From Actinokineospora sp. (GTDB lineage: Bacteria > Actinomycetota > Actinomycetes > Mycobacteriales > Pseudonocardiaceae), in NCBI RefSeq assembly GCF_050699995.1, contig NZ_JBOHGC010000209.1, forward strand, positions 1,597 to 65,596: a DNA stretch of 64,000 bases. Reading direction: 5' to 3'. The position numbers and the translations under genes were made by a program. The notes beneath the pieces were generated by a model. The model worked only from the letters and a program-made list of their open reading frames with translations. It was not told where the DNA came from and ran no database searches. This document shows positions 62,069 through 64,000 of this stretch, piece after piece (the stretch's first letter is position 1; each line of letters opens with the position of its first letter).

Positions 62069-62140
62069 CTGTTGGAATCCCCGACCTTCAGGCAGGGGAG
62101 GATGTCAAAGTAGTGGTCGATCGAATCGTAAGGAGCGACT

Positions 62141-62914
62141 GTGCGAGTTGCCCTCTGCCAGATCTCCGCCACCGCCGACCCGGAGGCGAACCTCGCACTG
62201 GTCCGCGAAGGCGTGCGCCAGGCCGACGGCGCGTCGGTGGTCCTGTTCCCGGAGGCGACGATGTCGCGCTTCGGCGTCCCCCTCGGTCCGGTGGCGCAGC
62301 CGCTCGACGGGCCGTGGGCCACGGCGGTCCGCGCGATCGCCGACGAGCCCGGGGTGGTCATCGTGGCCGGGATGTTCACCCCCGCCCCGGACGGGCGGGT
62401 GCGCAACACGCTGTTGGTCACCGGGCGCGGACAGCACCTCGGCTACGACAAGATCCACCTGTTCGACGCCTTCGGTTTCGCCGAGTCCCACACCGTCGCG
62501 CCAGGCGACGCACCGGTGACGATCGAGGTCGACGGGATCACACTCGGACTGGCCACCTGTTACGACGTCCGCTTCCCCGAACTGTTCCGGGCACTGGCCG
62601 ACCACGGCGCCAAGGCGATCCTGCTGGGCGCGTCGTGGGGTGCGGGCGATGGCAAGCGCGAACAGTGGGAGTTGCTCGTGCGCGCGCGGGCACTCGACTG
62701 CACGTCATGGGTGCTCGCCTGCGGGCAAGCCGACCCCGGCGCGGTCACCGGCACGGCGCCGCTGGGAATCGGGCACAGCCTGGTCGCCGATCCGCTCGGG
62801 CGGGTGGTCGCCTCGCTGAAGGGCGATCCGGACGTGCTTGTCGTCGACATCGACACCGACGTCGTGGACTCCACGCGGGCGGCGATCCCAGTATTGGAGA
62901 ACCGCCGGCTCTAG
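62141..62914 (+). CDS. carbon-nitrogen hydrolase (nitrilase superfamily) protein
   Basis: AAGGAG precedes GTG 62141. E-K-C triad contexts are FPEATM, YDKIHLF and LATCYDVRFPE. Confidence 0.85.
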   Translation: MRVALCQISATADPEANLALVREGVRQADGASVVLFPEATMSRFGVPLGPVAQPLDGPWATAVRAIADEPGVVIVAGMFTPAPDGRVRNTLLVTGRGQHLGYDKIHLFDAFGFAESHTVAPGDAPVTIEVDGITLGLATCYDVRFPELFRALADHGAKAILLGASWGAGDGKREQWELLVRARALDCTSWVLACGQADPGAVTGTAPLGIGHSLVADPLGRVVASLKGDPDVLVVDIDTDVVDSTRAAIPVLENRRL

Positions 62915-63245
62915 AGCGGCGGAACGCGCGCCTGAACGCCGTGACGCACGGCACATGCTCGGTAACCTGATGCGACTCGGGTGGGAACTGATCACAAGCC
63001 GATGGCGTCTATCTGGGGATACACCGGAATGCCGGAAGAAGGGGATGAAGATGCCTGATGGGGGATTCGCGGTCGACCTGAACGAAGCCGACAAGGCAGT
63101 GAAGTATCCGGGCGGCTCGCTGCCACACGCGGTGGGGAGCTCTTACGCGGCACGATCAGCACGCTGATCGTGCGCGAAGGTTTCGAGGGCCAGTCCCGCC
63201 TGACCGGTCGTTCCTGGCGCGCCCCCTTCGATGCGCACGCATGGG

Positions 63246-63590
63246 TCACTTGTGTGTCGCAGTGGCCAGGGCCGCAGCGATGTCGAGTCCTTTCCGGGTG
63301 GCGTGGTGAAGGCGGATGGTGAGGACGGAGACCGTGGCCATGCCGGTGATCAGCAGGCTTGCGGCCAACAGGGGCGGGCCGTCGAGTGCGATGGTGAGCA
63401 GACCCGCGTACTGGCAGGTGACACCTGCCGGGAACAGGGCGCCGAACAGGCGAGTCCAGCGATTCCATGATCGCAGCAGGGGGCTCGCTTCCGCGAGCGC
63501 GGCCACAGTGCTCCGCCGTTGCTTTTCTGCCAGTTCTACGTGCTCACACCGGTGAGCGAGGTCGGCGACGGACTCGGCACGGGTTGGCAT
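63246..63590 (-). CDS. hypothetical two-TM membrane protein
   Basis: Starts 1 nt after the stop of the upstream Cys-rich ORF. Hydrophobic segments are LFGALFPAGVTCQYAGLLTIAL and LLAASLLITGMATVSVLTI. Confidence 0.35.
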   Translation of the reverse strand: MPTRAESVADLAHRCEHVELAEKQRRSTVAALAEASPLLRSWNRWTRLFGALFPAGVTCQYAGLLTIALDGPPLLAASLLITGMATVSVLTIRLHHATRKGLDIAAALATATHK

Positions 63591-63591
63591 G

Positions 63592-63822
63592 TCAGATCAA
63601 CCGGTGCTGGCCGTGCCATCGTTCGAAGGTCGACACCGCGACCGAGAGGCCTGGGCACAACGGGCATTGCGGGCAGGTGCAGTACCAGCGGCACAGGGCA
63701 AGTTGGTCGTCGATGTGTTCGTATTCGGGCTCACCCCACCTGTGTTCGTCGACAGAGCAGTGTTCGCACCGGGACCGGGCCGCCGGCGAGTAATTGTGGG
63801 TGAGTAGCGGTGAGAACCGCAT
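63592..63822 (-). CDS. hypothetical Cys-rich small protein
   Basis: CEHC...C..YCTCPQCPLC pattern. ATG 63822, or GTG 63870 as in the track. Confidence 0.3.
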   Translation of the reverse strand: MRFSPLLTHNYSPAARSRCEHCSVDEHRWGEPEYEHIDDQLALCRWYCTCPQCPLCPGLSVAVSTFERWHGQHRLI

Positions 63823-64000
63823 GGCCCTCCGTTCGGTGGGAGGCGCCTGCGCCCGATCGGTCGGGGGCACGTCGGGCGCAGGCGCTGGTTCGGGGTGGCG
63901 GGCCGACGCGGGCGGGCGAGTGGAGAAACGTCGCCCCCGGCGGCTGGGGGATCAGCCGCCGCTCATAGGCAGTCTCCTGATGGGCAACAGCGAATTGCTC

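Noticed and set aside
63045-63172. 40-codon ORF (MKMPDGGFAVDLNEADKAVKYPGGSLPHAVGSSYAARSAR) with a GAAGGGG SD, followed by a perfect 10-bp inverted repeat (63151-63172), considered as a RiPP precursor or small secreted peptide.
   Set aside because: No maturation or export genes are adjacent, there are no Cys/Ser/Thr-rich core features, and I have no conservation evidence. Kept only as a note. The hairpin may simply terminate the nitrilase-family gene.

Overview
High-GC actinomycete chromosomal segment. All family calls come from reading the supplied translations and the DNA; no searches were run. The backbone, mostly on the minus strand, is the conserved actinomycete core block hisD-hisC-hisB / hisH-priA / hisF-hisI / trpE-(membrane)-trpC-trpB-trpA / lgt / gltB-gltD / pyk-tesB. 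This is the order I recall from Streptomyces and Mycobacterium. Many junctions show ATGA/GTGA translational coupling.

Accessory material interrupts this block:
1. A gene end coupled to a PAAR spike-tip gene at the left edge.
2. A roughly 7.5 kb island (7.4-14.9 kb). Two XRE(DUF5753-like)/DUF397 regulator pairs flank small Cys/Trp/His-rich ORFs. They are followed by a visibly lower-GC, same-strand cassette of helical proteins with YxxxE and WxG motifs (type VII secretion substrate hallmarks), alternating with DUF3558-type lipoproteins. This is my best candidate for an undescribed system.
3. Secreted protease, lipase and an unusual TM-domain-TM-PstS-like protein (18.9-23.2 kb).
4. A cobalamin riboswitch driving a BtuFCD-like importer, followed by a gene interrupted by an in-frame TGA.
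5. A methyltransferase/Uma2 pair between lgt and trpA.
6. Two paralogous TetR genes bracketing hisI-hisF, one with a perfect 16-bp palindrome in the trpE-tetR divergent region.
7. A 6.7 kb insertion between priA and hisF.
8. A degenerate split transketolase plus kptA-soxR between hisH and hisB.
9. A solo, frameshifted tnpB element next to a nitrilase-family gene.

No rRNA, tRNA or CRISPR array was seen. Most long ORFs in the track that lie antisense to these genes are GC-driven shadow ORFs.
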